The position numbers and the translations under genes are program-made. From a virus (Duplodnaviria; Caudoviricetes), in IMG/VR virus record IMGVR_UViG_3300044611_001018: a stretch of DNA of 64,000 nt; one strand, 5' to 3'. Numbering within the stretch: the first letter of the stretch is position 1; the number at the start of each line of letters is the position of its first letter. The notes under the pieces are model-generated. The model was not told where the DNA came from. It did no database searches and saw only the letters and a list, made by a program, of their open reading frames with translations. This document shows, in pieces, positions 22,801-32,702 of the stretch.

Positions 22801-25800
22801 CATAACCAACACAAGTCAATGCTAATCCAGCAAGACTAAAGCTTCTACCAATTGCTGTTTGAGTTATTAAATTATGAGGCTGTGACGTGACAACGGTAGA
22901 TAAACCAGTTGTATTGTCATATGTAAAGTTAACAACATTTAAAGTTGTTAATCCAACAGTAGTAACTGTCATTATTCCAGTTAGATTATCATATATTGCT
23001 GTGCTAACCCCAATTGGTGGGTAATAATCACAGGTAAACGCTGCTCCAACTATAGATATTTCTTCACCTAATTGCAATCCATGTGGAGTTGAAGTTGTTA
23101 CTGTAGTAACTCCAGTAATGGAACTATAACCAATATTGGTAACCTGTCTTGGGACATAAAATACTTTTGAATTAGTTATTGCAACGCCAACAATATGTCC
23201 ATCTAAAACCGACGCAATACCAATATAAGTTATATTCGCAGAACCATAACTAGCAGTTTGAATACCAACTTTTACCGTTTGTAAACCAGATCTATATCCA
23301 GAACCAGAATTACCTATGGAAATTTGGGTTATTGTTCCTGCTGATGAAACTAATGCTGTTCCTCCAGCAGCAACTAATGGTTGATAACCAAATCCTTCTG
23401 TAGATCCAACACTAACTATAATTCCTCCTCTAGGAGTATTATTTACATTAATATCATTAGTTATGGATGGATTTGCAATTGGTCCACCAAAACCTACTTG
23501 CAACTGTCCACCACCACTGATTAGTTTATAATCACCAGGAATATTTGTTAAAACATTACCCAGTCTTTGTGGTCCTTGGAAAATATCATTTATTAAAATA
23601 ATTGTGTTATCTGATGTAATATTATCAATGTCATTACCTTGATATTTTAAAGTAAATGTTGTTGTAATTCCATTGAATTGACTTGAAATATCATCAAAAA
23701 CATAATTATTATCATATGCTTTTATAAAACTAGTTGTAAACGCTTGAGTTAGTGCCGATCTTAAAAATACTCTACCACTAAATCTGGAACTAGTTGTTAA
23801 ACCAGTATAATCAACATCATTTGCTGAAGTTGCAGTTGTACCAAACCCAACAGGGATATTTCCCCACATAGGTTCAGAAAAATGAAGTTTATTCTGTGCT
23901 ACATTATAATTACCAACAAATTTTGTGACTACTGTGTTGGTTGTATGGGTGGTTTCTGTGGTCCCCATCCATGCTCTTTTAACATTTAATACATTAGTAA
24001 CTGAATTAACAGCAGAAACTAACATGATTTCATTATCAATCTGAATTAAATCTCCACTAAAGATAGAGGTTACACCAACAACATTAATATTAGTTGTTCC
24101 AATTCCAACACTAGAAGTAGTTGCTATTGTGTATGCTGTTCCTACAAGTGGAGATTGAATTGTTCCATTGATAGTAACCAACATCCTATTATTTGGTGAT
24201 ATTGATCTAAAAGTATGAGTACTTCCTATTCCAACACCAGTAATTCCAACTCCAATTGGGTTAAAGAGTAGTGCATCCGTTGCCGAAACAGCAACTCTTA
24301 TTTTTTGATTATCTTGTTTAATTACAATAAATTTTGAAGGAAGAAAACTTGTAGTTCCAATTCCAGGTCCAAAATTAGTTGGTGTAATTTTGATAGCTTT
24401 TGTAAAATCATTATCTGGTGGAATGTATTCAATCTCTTCTCCACTAACAAAATAATGATTTGTCAAATTCAGTGTGCCGTCTGTAAAGGAAATCAAATTA
24501 GGATCGCTACCATTTAAAGTAACTTCAAAAATTGGATAGTTTCCAGACTTTAATTCAAATCCTCTTTGAACTCCATTAAACTGATCACTAAAATCATCTA
24601 CAGTCAGAACTCGATTTCCTATAAATTCTTGGTATTGTGCCAAAAATGGAAGATTGAATAAAATTTCATTTGATACTAAAGTATCGTTTACTTGGATACT
24701 CTTTTCTCTAGCAATATCAAAGTCTTTAATGGAATTTAAATCAACAATTTCAGTTAAGTCTGAAATTGCCACTAAAGCATTTAAATTTTGAGCAGTTGAA
24801 ATTCCACCTACTGTTGGATCGTATGAGTCAATGATCAACTCACTAAACTTTTTAAATCCTGCAGTATGAGTTAAATTACTTACCAAAGGATTCCAAACTT
24901 GATATTCTATTGGAGATCTAACAGAGTATGAAAAATATTGATAATAATCATTATCATGCAATCTCTGGAATGATTGATTTAGTTTTCCTGTTTCTCTTAA
25001 CCAACCTTTTTTGGTTATACTATTTGAATCTATCAAATATTTTGCTCTAATTCCATCTACAGAAGATATTAATCCTTTGTTTTGTGAAGAAGAACCGATT
25101 ATAAGATCATCAACTTTAAATATTTTTTTAGATCTAATTTTTAGATATTCATTTCTCCTATCGTAAGATTGAACTATACCAAAATTTCCATCCTGTGCTA
25201 CTATTATTTCACCATCCCTAAAACTATCTTTTTCTAGATCAATATCAAAAATTGGAAAATATGATTCTGGAGTTGCTGTACCAAAAGATTCAAATCCATC
25301 GAAAAGTCCAGGATCTTCTCCTGGTGATAAAAATCCAGTTAAATTAAATGTTAAAGTTGGATTATCTCCACCAATATCTGGATCTGCTGCTGTAATTCTA
25401 AATAACCTATAATCATACGCTGCAGAGTTATATCCCCTACCACCAAAATTAATGTCAACGTTTGTGTTTTCAACAATAATTTTTTCACCAACGATGAATG
25501 GATAATCTTGAGATGATGCGAATGTAACTGCAAATGATACTGTTACATTTAAAGTTCCAGGATCAAATACAATATTATCAATTCTTACACCATTTGGGTT
25601 ATTAATTGGAATAATTTTTGGTGTAACATTATATAAACCAGTAGTATTACGTACAACTCTAACTTCAGTATCCCCAATATCATATTCAAGAGAAACTTCT
25701 GTATTTACTCTCCCAGTAAATCCATCAACAACTGCAAGTTGTGGGGCAACAAAATAATTTATACCAGGATTAACTATTTGTATACGTTTAAATTTTGATA

Positions 25801-28800
25801 GAGGTTCAATTTTGTATGTGTATGGAAAATTAGCTAAAGGTCTTAAAGTTTTATCTGATGGATAATCAAATCCAATGTCAGTGAGAACTACGCTATTAAC
25901 TTTTCCAATTGTTTTACTTCTAGGTAAGAATAAAGCTGCTGTACCTAAACCACTAACAACTTGAGCCACGTTTGGTAAACGGATGTAATTTCTACCACCA
26001 GAATCAATATTTATTTTTGCTACTGGTCCTATAGCACTGGAAGATTTTGTAGTATAGTTAATTTTTGCTTCTGTTTTATTGTAATTAATTCTTTCTGGCG
26101 TTTGTTCTAATGCATATGTGAATGAATTTGTTGTAATACCAGATACTGGAGTAATCTCGTTAAATTTACTGTTAATTAGTGATAACTTATTTCCATTTTT
26201 AATATTAAATTTATCACTAATAATCTCTAATTTTGATGCAGTTGCTCCAGAATAATCAATAGGAGTTAAATTGTAATATAGTGATGATGGGACAAAATCA
26301 TCTATGACTAATTCTAATTTAGCACCTGGTTCACCAATTACTCCACTTTTTCTAATATTAAATGCTCCTTTATTGCTATCTGTAGTATAGAATTCTTTTT
26401 GGAATAAAGCATCAAAATAAAAATTGAATTCAAATGCTGGGACTGAATTTGATGCTAAAGTTGGATCTGATAAATCAAATACTAGTGTTGAATTTTTTAC
26501 CCCAAATAATTCTGGATTGACTGGTGCTATAGTTCCTGCTGCTTGAGTTCCTATTTCGACAATTTCAATAGCATCATTAGATGAAATAATATCATAGTAA
26601 TAATTTGATAATAAAATAGTATTATCGTCAGAAACAACAATATAGTACAATTTAGAATTAACCAATCCTGCAGATGGAGTTGCTGAATTATAAATTACCT
26701 TTTGCCCATTTATTAAACCATGATTTGGTATTGTTATAGTATTTCTGGATAAATTGATATCAGTGTCTATAAATGATCTTGGGTTAATTAACATTCTTCT
26801 GTTAATGTCATCATATGTCACATAAAAATTAGTAGAAACTCCAGAAATTACTTTCAAATCAACAATATCACCATTTGTTAATCCATGCTCTCTTTCAGTT
26901 ATAACTGTTGCAGTCTTTTTATAAACATCTCCACGAATAGTTAAAGGTAGATCTGTTTTAATACTGTGTACTTCACCTGTTCCATAATTAGCAATTTTAA
27001 AAATCTCTAAAACATCTGAACCTATTCCAACAAATCCACCAGTGCTTCCAATTCCGATTCTCTGAGTTGATACCCCGATAAAGTCAGAATCATATGAGGC
27101 AATATACAAAGTTTGTGAATTTAAAAGTGGTGTTGTTGTTGTTCCATAAGATACACTAACTCCTGTATATCCATGTCCAACGTTATATTTTACTTTATCT
27201 CCAGTTTTAAATCCATGATTTGGTAAATAAAATGTATTTGGAATTGTTTTAATTCCTTTTTTCTGGGTAACTCCTGGGTTACTAAAAAACAATAATCCAG
27301 ATTTTTGAGATGCTCTTGATAATGGACTACCCGAAGTTGAATAATATGAACTAGTTAAAGACCCAAGTTCAACTTGAGCACCCCAAACATAAAACGTAGG
27401 AGATGAATTTAGAGTAAGACCTTGAGGACCATATGTTCCTATTCTTATTCTATGGAGTCCAGCACCAGTCAATACAGTAAGACTATATCTTCTCCAATTT
27501 GTTGTTAAAGTTACTAATTGAGAATAATATGAACCACCATCGTCCAAAATAAAATAGACTTGTTCTCCACCAGTATGACCTCTTAAAAATACTGAAAATG
27601 TATTATTACCAGAGGACAAAGATACTGATTCATATTTTATTCCAAATGCATCACTTGAACCTGTAGTAGAAGCAAATGCCACTTTTGCAGCATTATTTGA
27701 ACCATCTGGAGAATTATCACTAAAATATTCTACAGATCCAGTTCCTACTCCCACAGAATAATAATCCCAAGCTGTTGGAACAAGTGACGGAGGTATTGGG
27801 TTTGAATACAGGATTAAATTTTCTGAAGGGATTATTGCACTTTCTCTAGGATCAAAATAATATTCTGAGTTAAGTTTATATTCTGTAGAAGTGCTGAATC
27901 CACTATTGAAAGTAATTTTTCTACTTAATTCAATTAAACTATCACCTGCAGTGTGTGCAATAGAAGTACTTCCACCAAAAGATCTATATACTTTTATTCT
28001 AGAATCTTGAGGATATACATTAATAATCTTAACTCTTTCTGGTCCAATTTTGTAAACATCATTTACTGATGCTACGGGAAAATTTAAATTACCAGAAACA
28101 TTTAAATAAGTTACAATTCCAGTTTGTGAAGCATTTGGAGTATTATTTGATAGTGTTAGTGTATTTGTTGAGATACCTACTACATAAGAAGATGCAAAAT
28201 TTGTTGAAAGAATATTTAAATTCTGTACAGATACAATATCTCCATTGATTAAAGAGTGAGATGTACTTGCAAATCCAACAAATTTACCAAGAGATCCAAA
28301 TGGAGTAAACTCAACATCAACTAATTTACTGAAAGAATATGATATTGAACTTACATCCCTACCTTTAATTTCTGATATTCTAGCATAAGCACCAGAACCA
28401 CCTGTGCCTTGACTATTGAAGAATATATTATCCTGTATTGAATAATTATCACCAGGGGAAATAATTTGTAACTCTGTTAATTCTCCAGAACTGACACTAC
28501 TAACCTCAGTGAATCCCCTACTAAAAGTATCTGGTTGAATAAATCCCTGATATCTTGTTTTATTTAATAGTAACCCTAATGGTGTTGTATATCTAATCCA
28601 TCCAGTATTATTTAAATCTACAAAAGACAAGTTTGAATATTGATCAAAATTATAATCAATTATTTTTGATTTAAAAGTGTCCCCAATAATGTATGGGAAA
28701 ACAGGTTTTAAAAATCCGTTAAATGGTCCAGAAGCATTTTTTATGGAATTTACAGTAGCAAAATATGCATAAACACCATTTGGAAATTCTGGAGTTTTAC

Positions 28801-31800
28801 AATATCTTCCATTGTGTATATCTAAATCTCCATTGTTAGTGAATTCATAATCTTGTATAAAATATCCTGGTGGGAAAGATGATGTTGATGGTCTATATGC
28901 TTGTAAGTTTAATTCATACCCACTATTTAATCTTACAACAGCACCTCCCTCTTTATCCGCATATCCGTATGGTCCATAAATTGGATTTCCATCATATGCC
29001 CACCCTATGATAGGTGAATGATATTTAACTGGATTGTTATCATTCTCAATATCCTCCCGATAAACAGTATTACCAACAAGATCTAAAGAAGTTGCTAGTA
29101 ATTTTTTACGCAGTTCTCTAGCAGCATATGCGTGAGTAAACTGTAAACCTCTTTCTGATGCAAGGGGTGTAGTGATTATTCCATCATCTGAATTTACTTG
29201 ATCTGATTGGAAAATTCTTTCAACAACATTAATATTCCAAGATTTAATTTTAGCTTCAAATCTAGCATTGCTTCCTGTTGGAACTACTTTTACAGTAGTA
29301 TCTACTTGAGAATAATTAAATCCACTTTCAATAATTTTTACGTCTACAATTGCTCCATTAACAATTATTGGAACCAATATTGCACCAGAACCAGAACCTA
29401 AAACTTCTAGTAATGGTGGTGAATTATAATTTGAACCAGGATTATTTACAATAGCACCAATAATTTTACCTTGAGAAGATACAATAACACTTATTTGTGC
29501 ATTTTCTCCATTTAATAAACTTATGTCAGGTTGTCTATTGTAATTTACAACGTTTGGATCTCCATAATTATCACCTTTATTTTTTAATGATACTGATTGT
29601 ATTGAACCAGTAAATATTGGTCTAACCTTAGCATTGAAGTCTTGACCAGCAAAAGTTGTGACTCCAATTGGGGATTCAATTTTTAAAGTAATTGATTGAT
29701 ACTTTATACTATGCTGCCCCAATCCACCATCATTAAAATCAATAAATCTTCTATTAACATAATTATAGTCACTAGATATAGTACTACCAACACCAACAGG
29801 TTCAACACTAGCAACTCTGAAAGTATTTTTATCAACTACTTTTACATAATATTCAGAATTTGTATTTAATCCAACAGGTAATACACCATCAGAGTTAAAA
29901 AGAATAATTTCTTTGTCAGTATATCCGTGATTTATTATTTTAATTGTATTATTAAAAGTACTGATAGAATCTTTATCAAAAAATAAAGTCTTATTTGTAT
30001 AATTTCTACCAGGGGTAATTACTTCTATTGATGAAATTACTTTCTTCTTATCCGAAGAAGTTAATTTCTGTAATCCTTCGCCATATGAACCAAGAATAAC
30101 AGTATTTATTCCAGTAATGGCATCATCTAAAGTATTATGTAATTTAATTTTAGTTGGTGTAATTATTTTAACAAAATAAATGGCATCATCAACTAAATTA
30201 CTAATCTTAGGTTGATTCTGTGAATTATAAATTACTCTTTCAAAATCTCTAAATTTATGATAAGTAGTGAAACCTATACTATTTTCAGATAAATTTACCT
30301 GGTCATATAAACTTCCAGCATTAAATGATACCGAATGAATTATTTTAGATAAGTTTGCCTTTGCTTCGGCACCAGTACCGTTTCCGCCAGAAATTGTAAT
30401 TTTTGGTTCGTCTGTATAATCAAATCCTTTATCTAAAATATTAATTCTAGATAAAGTTCCTACAACATTACAAATTCCCTCAGCACCAGATCCAAAAATA
30501 GTATTTCCAACACCAACATTATCCGATATAACCATCACAGGAGGGTTGATAACGTCGTAATTAGCATCTCCCACGGAAGAAACTACTATTTCTTCAATTG
30601 GACCAGAATAAATGGTATCAGAAGATTTATAATTTAATGCTTCAACACCATTTAAAAACAATCCAACAGTTCCTGGTTTTGTAATTCTATTTTCAATGAT
30701 ATCATCATCAACACTAGGAGAGAATTTTCTAATTATGTCTTGAGACTGTAATCTCCTATTATAATACTTCAATAATGATATTTTATTATTAAGTACAGTA
30801 CCAAAAACGTAAACGAACTGACCACTTCTAATATTAGCTCTACTGGTAGCTAATCTTATTGTGCTGGAGTTTACTTTATAAACAAAATAAGGTCCCTCTG
30901 CAATATTTAACCCAACATTATTATTTCTAGAATAATATACTGCCTCGCCACTAATAAAAGAGTTAGAACCAATATTAATATCAAATCCATCATACTGTCC
31001 AGTAAAAGTTACAGACAAATCTTCAACAATTATTGGAGTATTATAATAATTTGGCAGAGAAGAACTTACAACGTAAGTGTCATCATCGTCTGTATATACA
31101 TTTTGAATATCTGCTGATATAATATTAATTTCTGGTTGATTATTACTCTTAGTTTTTGATATACCCTTTCTAATAGAATATCTTACATCAGATGTATTAA
31201 TTCTAGTAGTTAAGTTTACGTCAAATTCGTACTTATTTGATACCGCGATTACAAAAATATCATATTGATTACCATCACTACCTTTTATGGTTCCAATATC
31301 ACCCAAAGTGAAGATATTGGGGTCATATGTTTTTATTCTATATTGTGCTGCTCCATTTAATTTTAATGCAACCTGAGTAATTTGTTCAATTTCATACTCT
31401 GGTGATACATTATTAATCCAACTGCTTCTTATTTGCTCCTCACTATCTGCACCTAAAGAAACAATTTCAACCTGGTCTTCTAATTCATAATAATATGAAG
31501 ATTCTCTATCTAATTCCAAATCTCCAAGAACACCTGTAATCTTAACTCTAATTTGGTCTCCAGATTCTGAAATTGCATACGCATAATCTGGAGTTGTTAT
31601 ATCTTGATTTAAATTTATTGCAATAGGAGAAGACAATCCAAAAAATTGTGTGCAACTTTTACCACTATATGTAAATTTATATTCTACATTATTATCAAAT
31701 ACTACAAGTGTTCCTGAGTTTGTAAAGCTCAGTGTTGAATCAACATCAAGATAAGTCTGTCCAAGACCTACTGGATTGGTAATTTTTGTTTTTGGGTGTA

Positions 31801-32698
31801 CTGTAAAATTAAATGTTTCTAACTCTGGATTATAGTCCAAACTTAATCTAAAGTACTCTTCACCGTCTTTAAAAAGTTGCTCTACATTAGTAATAGATCC
31901 AGCTGCTTTTGGAATGGTTTGAGTCTCATCTTGATATAATGTTTTATTAACTAACTCTTGAGGATTTCCAGATAATCTTTTAATAACAAGATCTCTAGTA
32001 ATTCTATAATCAGCATCAGATGGTTGAATTAAGAAATCTCTAGGTTTAATGATTTGTACGGGTGAACCCCAAATGGATTTAAATAAAATATCAAAAGAAC
32101 TATTTGCTCCTTTTGAAGCGTAAAAATCTTTTAAGTTTGATACTAATATTTTTTCATTTAGTTCTTTATAAAATTCAATATCTTCAAATCCTGGAGCGTA
32201 TTGATATTTAAATTTTTTATAAAGTTCTGCTAAAAATAAGGAATGTAAATTATATACAATTGTATTACCTGTATGTGCGTCTATAATACTTGTACTAAAA
32301 GTCAGAGTTTCACTTTCTGGACTTGTATAGGTGGTAATTCCACTAAACCCTCTTTTACAATTTAAAAAAGTGGTTTGGTTTTTGGATTCATATAGAATTA
32401 TTTCATTATCAATTTGTAAAAGACCATTATATAATGGGAATCCATCAGTGCTACTCACACTAATATCAACCGCACCGTAATCAACATTTGCGGTTAATTC
32501 AGTATAATAAGTTAATTCTGTTATATTATCTAATTTGGTATATTCATCAATATTATTTAAAATATCTACAGGACCACCAGGAAACTCTAAAGAATCATAG
32601 TAATCTTTTAAAAACTCTACAAATTCTGGATACCCATCCCTAACAAAACTGGGAAGTTGGTCAGAAACTAAATTTTTAATATTAACTCTGTTCTTCAT
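19835..32698 (-). CDS. gp7: Giant baseplate wedge initiator / fibre-like structural protein (4287 aa)
   Basis: N-term QLPSFVRD.YP.FVEFLKDYY, NLKDFYASKG..SSF..LF; LHDNDYYQYFSY...HTAGFK; located between gp6 and gp8. Confidence 0.85.
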   Translation of the reverse strand: MKNRVNIKNLVSDQLPSFVRDGYPEFVEFLKDYYDSLEFPGGPVDILNNIDEYTKLDNITELTYYTELTANVDYGAVDISVSSTDGFPLYNGLLQIDNEIILYESKNQTTFLNCKRGFSGITTYTSPESETLTFSTSIIDAHTGNTIVYNLHSLFLAELYKKFKYQYAPGFEDIEFYKELNEKILVSNLKDFYASKGANSSFDILFKSIWGSPVQIIKPRDFLIQPSDADYRITRDLVIKRLSGNPQELVNKTLYQDETQTIPKAAGSITNVEQLFKDGEEYFRLSLDYNPELETFNFTVHPKTKITNPVGLGQTYLDVDSTLSFTNSGTLVVFDNNVEYKFTYSGKSCTQFFGLSSPIAINLNQDITTPDYAYAISESGDQIRVKITGVLGDLELDRESSYYYELEDQVEIVSLGADSEEQIRSSWINNVSPEYEIEQITQVALKLNGAAQYRIKTYDPNIFTLGDIGTIKGSDGNQYDIFVIAVSNKYEFDVNLTTRINTSDVRYSIRKGISKTKSNNQPEINIISADIQNVYTDDDDTYVVSSSLPNYYNTPIIVEDLSVTFTGQYDGFDINIGSNSFISGEAVYYSRNNNVGLNIAEGPYFVYKVNSSTIRLATSRANIRSGQFVYVFGTVLNNKISLLKYYNRRLQSQDIIRKFSPSVDDDIIENRITKPGTVGLFLNGVEALNYKSSDTIYSGPIEEIVVSSVGDANYDVINPPVMVISDNVGVGNTIFGSGAEGICNVVGTLSRINILDKGFDYTDEPKITISGGNGTGAEAKANLSKIIHSVSFNAGSLYDQVNLSENSIGFTTYHKFRDFERVIYNSQNQPKISNLVDDAIYFVKIITPTKIKLHNTLDDAITGINTVILGSYGEGLQKLTSSDKKKVISSIEVITPGRNYTNKTLFFDKDSISTFNNTIKIINHGYTDKEIILFNSDGVLPVGLNTNSEYYVKVVDKNTFRVASVEPVGVGSTISSDYNYVNRRFIDFNDGGLGQHSIKYQSITLKIESPIGVTTFAGQDFNAKVRPIFTGSIQSVSLKNKGDNYGDPNVVNYNRQPDISLLNGENAQISVIVSSQGKIIGAIVNNPGSNYNSPPLLEVLGSGSGAILVPIIVNGAIVDVKIIESGFNYSQVDTTVKVVPTGSNARFEAKIKSWNINVVERIFQSDQVNSDDGIITTPLASERGLQFTHAYAARELRKKLLATSLDLVGNTVYREDIENDNNPVKYHSPIIGWAYDGNPIYGPYGYADKEGGAVVRLNSGYELNLQAYRPSTSSFPPGYFIQDYEFTNNGDLDIHNGRYCKTPEFPNGVYAYFATVNSIKNASGPFNGFLKPVFPYIIGDTFKSKIIDYNFDQYSNLSFVDLNNTGWIRYTTPLGLLLNKTRYQGFIQPDTFSRGFTEVSSVSSGELTELQIISPGDNYSIQDNIFFNSQGTGGSGAYARISEIKGRDVSSISYSFSKLVDVEFTPFGSLGKFVGFASTSHSLINGDIVSVQNLNILSTNFASSYVVGISTNTLTLSNNTPNASQTGIVTYLNVSGNLNFPVASVNDVYKIGPERVKIINVYPQDSRIKVYRSFGGSTSIAHTAGDSLIELSRKITFNSGFSTSTEYKLNSEYYFDPRESAIIPSENLILYSNPIPPSLVPTAWDYYSVGVGTGSVEYFSDNSPDGSNNAAKVAFASTTGSSDAFGIKYESVSLSSGNNTFSVFLRGHTGGEQVYFILDDGGSYYSQLVTLTTNWRRYSLTVLTGAGLHRIRIGTYGPQGLTLNSSPTFYVWGAQVELGSLTSSYYSTSGSPLSRASQKSGLLFFSNPGVTQKKGIKTIPNTFYLPNHGFKTGDKVKYNVGHGYTGVSVSYGTTTTPLLNSQTLYIASYDSDFIGVSTQRIGIGSTGGFVGIGSDVLEIFKIANYGTGEVHSIKTDLPLTIRGDVYKKTATVITEREHGLTNGDIVDLKVISGVSTNFYVTYDDINRRMLINPRSFIDTDINLSRNTITIPNHGLINGQKVIYNSATPSAGLVNSKLYYIVVSDDNTILLSNYYYDIISSNDAIEIVEIGTQAAGTIAPVNPELFGVKNSTLVFDLSDPTLASNSVPAFEFNFYFDALFQKEFYTTDSNKGAFNIRKSGVIGEPGAKLELVIDDFVPSSLYYNLTPIDYSGATASKLEIISDKFNIKNGNKLSLINSKFNEITPVSGITTNSFTYALEQTPERINYNKTEAKINYTTKSSSAIGPVAKINIDSGGRNYIRLPNVAQVVSGLGTAALFLPRSKTIGKVNSVVLTDIGFDYPSDKTLRPLANFPYTYKIEPLSKFKRIQIVNPGINYFVAPQLAVVDGFTGRVNTEVSLEYDIGDTEVRVVRNTTGLYNVTPKIIPINNPNGVRIDNIVFDPGTLNVTVSFAVTFASSQDYPFIVGEKIIVENTNVDINFGGRGYNSAAYDYRLFRITAADPDIGGDNPTLTFNLTGFLSPGEDPGLFDGFESFGTATPESYFPIFDIDLEKDSFRDGEIIVAQDGNFGIVQSYDRRNEYLKIRSKKIFKVDDLIIGSSSQNKGLISSVDGIRAKYLIDSNSITKKGWLRETGKLNQSFQRLHDNDYYQYFSYSVRSPIEYQVWNPLVSNLTHTAGFKKFSELIIDSYDPTVGGISTAQNLNALVAISDLTEIVDLNSIKDFDIAREKSIQVNDTLVSNEILFNLPFLAQYQEFIGNRVLTVDDFSDQFNGVQRGFELKSGNYPIFEVTLNGSDPNLISFTDGTLNLTNHYFVSGEEIEYIPPDNDFTKAIKITPTNFGPGIGTTSFLPSKFIVIKQDNQKIRVAVSATDALLFNPIGVGITGVGIGSTHTFRSISPNNRMLVTINGTIQSPLVGTAYTIATTSSVGIGTTNINVVGVTSIFSGDLIQIDNEIMLVSAVNSVTNVLNVKRAWMGTTETTHTTNTVVTKFVGNYNVAQNKLHFSEPMWGNIPVGFGTTATSANDVDYTGLTTSSRFSGRVFLRSALTQAFTTSFIKAYDNNYVFDDISSQFNGITTTFTLKYQGNDIDNITSDNTIILINDIFQGPQRLGNVLTNIPGDYKLISGGGQLQVGFGGPIANPSITNDINVNNTPRGGIIVSVGSTEGFGYQPLVAAGGTALVSSAGTITQISIGNSGSGYRSGLQTVKVGIQTASYGSANITYIGIASVLDGHIVGVAITNSKVFYVPRQVTNIGYSSITGVTTVTTSTPHGLQLGEEISIVGAAFTCDYYPPIGVSTAIYDNLTGIMTVTTVGLTTLNVVNFTYDNTTGLSTVVTSQPHNLITQTAIGRSFSLAGLALTCVGYGQTFAVYDFIYDNTTGLSTVFIVGNHGLNPGDNFKMRELEFSCTGPSGVTTTIFPDGTQGYFFTVNTVGTTTSFTVNVGASTIPHTYVSGGVVQVGINTDIFPGDLTVSPLGNTFKVLSAPDYYTFTFNSGISTIPHSYVSGGTLTLGHKLKVGTDIILTGLGFTGSLGIVTHPNINTTDYCGTQVTRINNISQFELNVGVGSTPLTYVSGGTVEEIIIAPRQINNSPTGQDPAANGTGVVKIVDDYTFIINSGTSPYTHFYKKCGSVTKPLDVIFDNPLNYYNIPLIYKQGVVGFGTGATVDLVPSQDSTILNFEINNFGYGYGSGEILTVAIGGTTGIPTTGISTFKNFELTIDRTYQSKFSGWNVGEFIVLDDISVYFNGRRRLFPLTINGESISFFAKANSGINLQSNLLVFINDTLQTPGEGYQFNGGSTLRFTEAPKGAVAGFSTIGDKAKVLMYTGTQSIDVKTVDVLPSVKVGDDVQLYSDTDDTFTEEQRLVMDVVSADKIITNNYGGQGVTLNELFSRPISWFKQTVDKIIDNEFVGKDRIYYEPIINPSTNIIESVGIGSTYVFVYNIRPLFDDSFEGIPLQERSIIEIINQENLDTATATATIGAGGSISNITITNPGYGYTIAPEITVQRPYGFGTQATASATIGAGGSITSITVGTGGTNYYYGPLGSLSISQQGSGFPPLQVGQNTFYNAKLKSQSGIGRGATADIQISVLNFNIASISITNGGANYAVGDILYVDTFDNVGLATTSRKWALRSPMKFSVSSILPPPVLIAPPKRSVEEVIRVDYEGDYGIIVGVGTTSCSGVTTCLGLELDLFIPLDSRIRKSLNISKTGITTGYLFNVVDSGFGTAPQTSLRSDGSILGISTQFVNMTFECTHWYTKQAVIPPGISGLASTVGIATTVTTVVVKLLNNPPSNIVGFGTTAFYGKYTWGKINMPVRVSPAEFLAQHGTKQSGIGTNPVIRRKNSLKYLGYLG

Positions 32699-32702
32699 GT
32701 TC

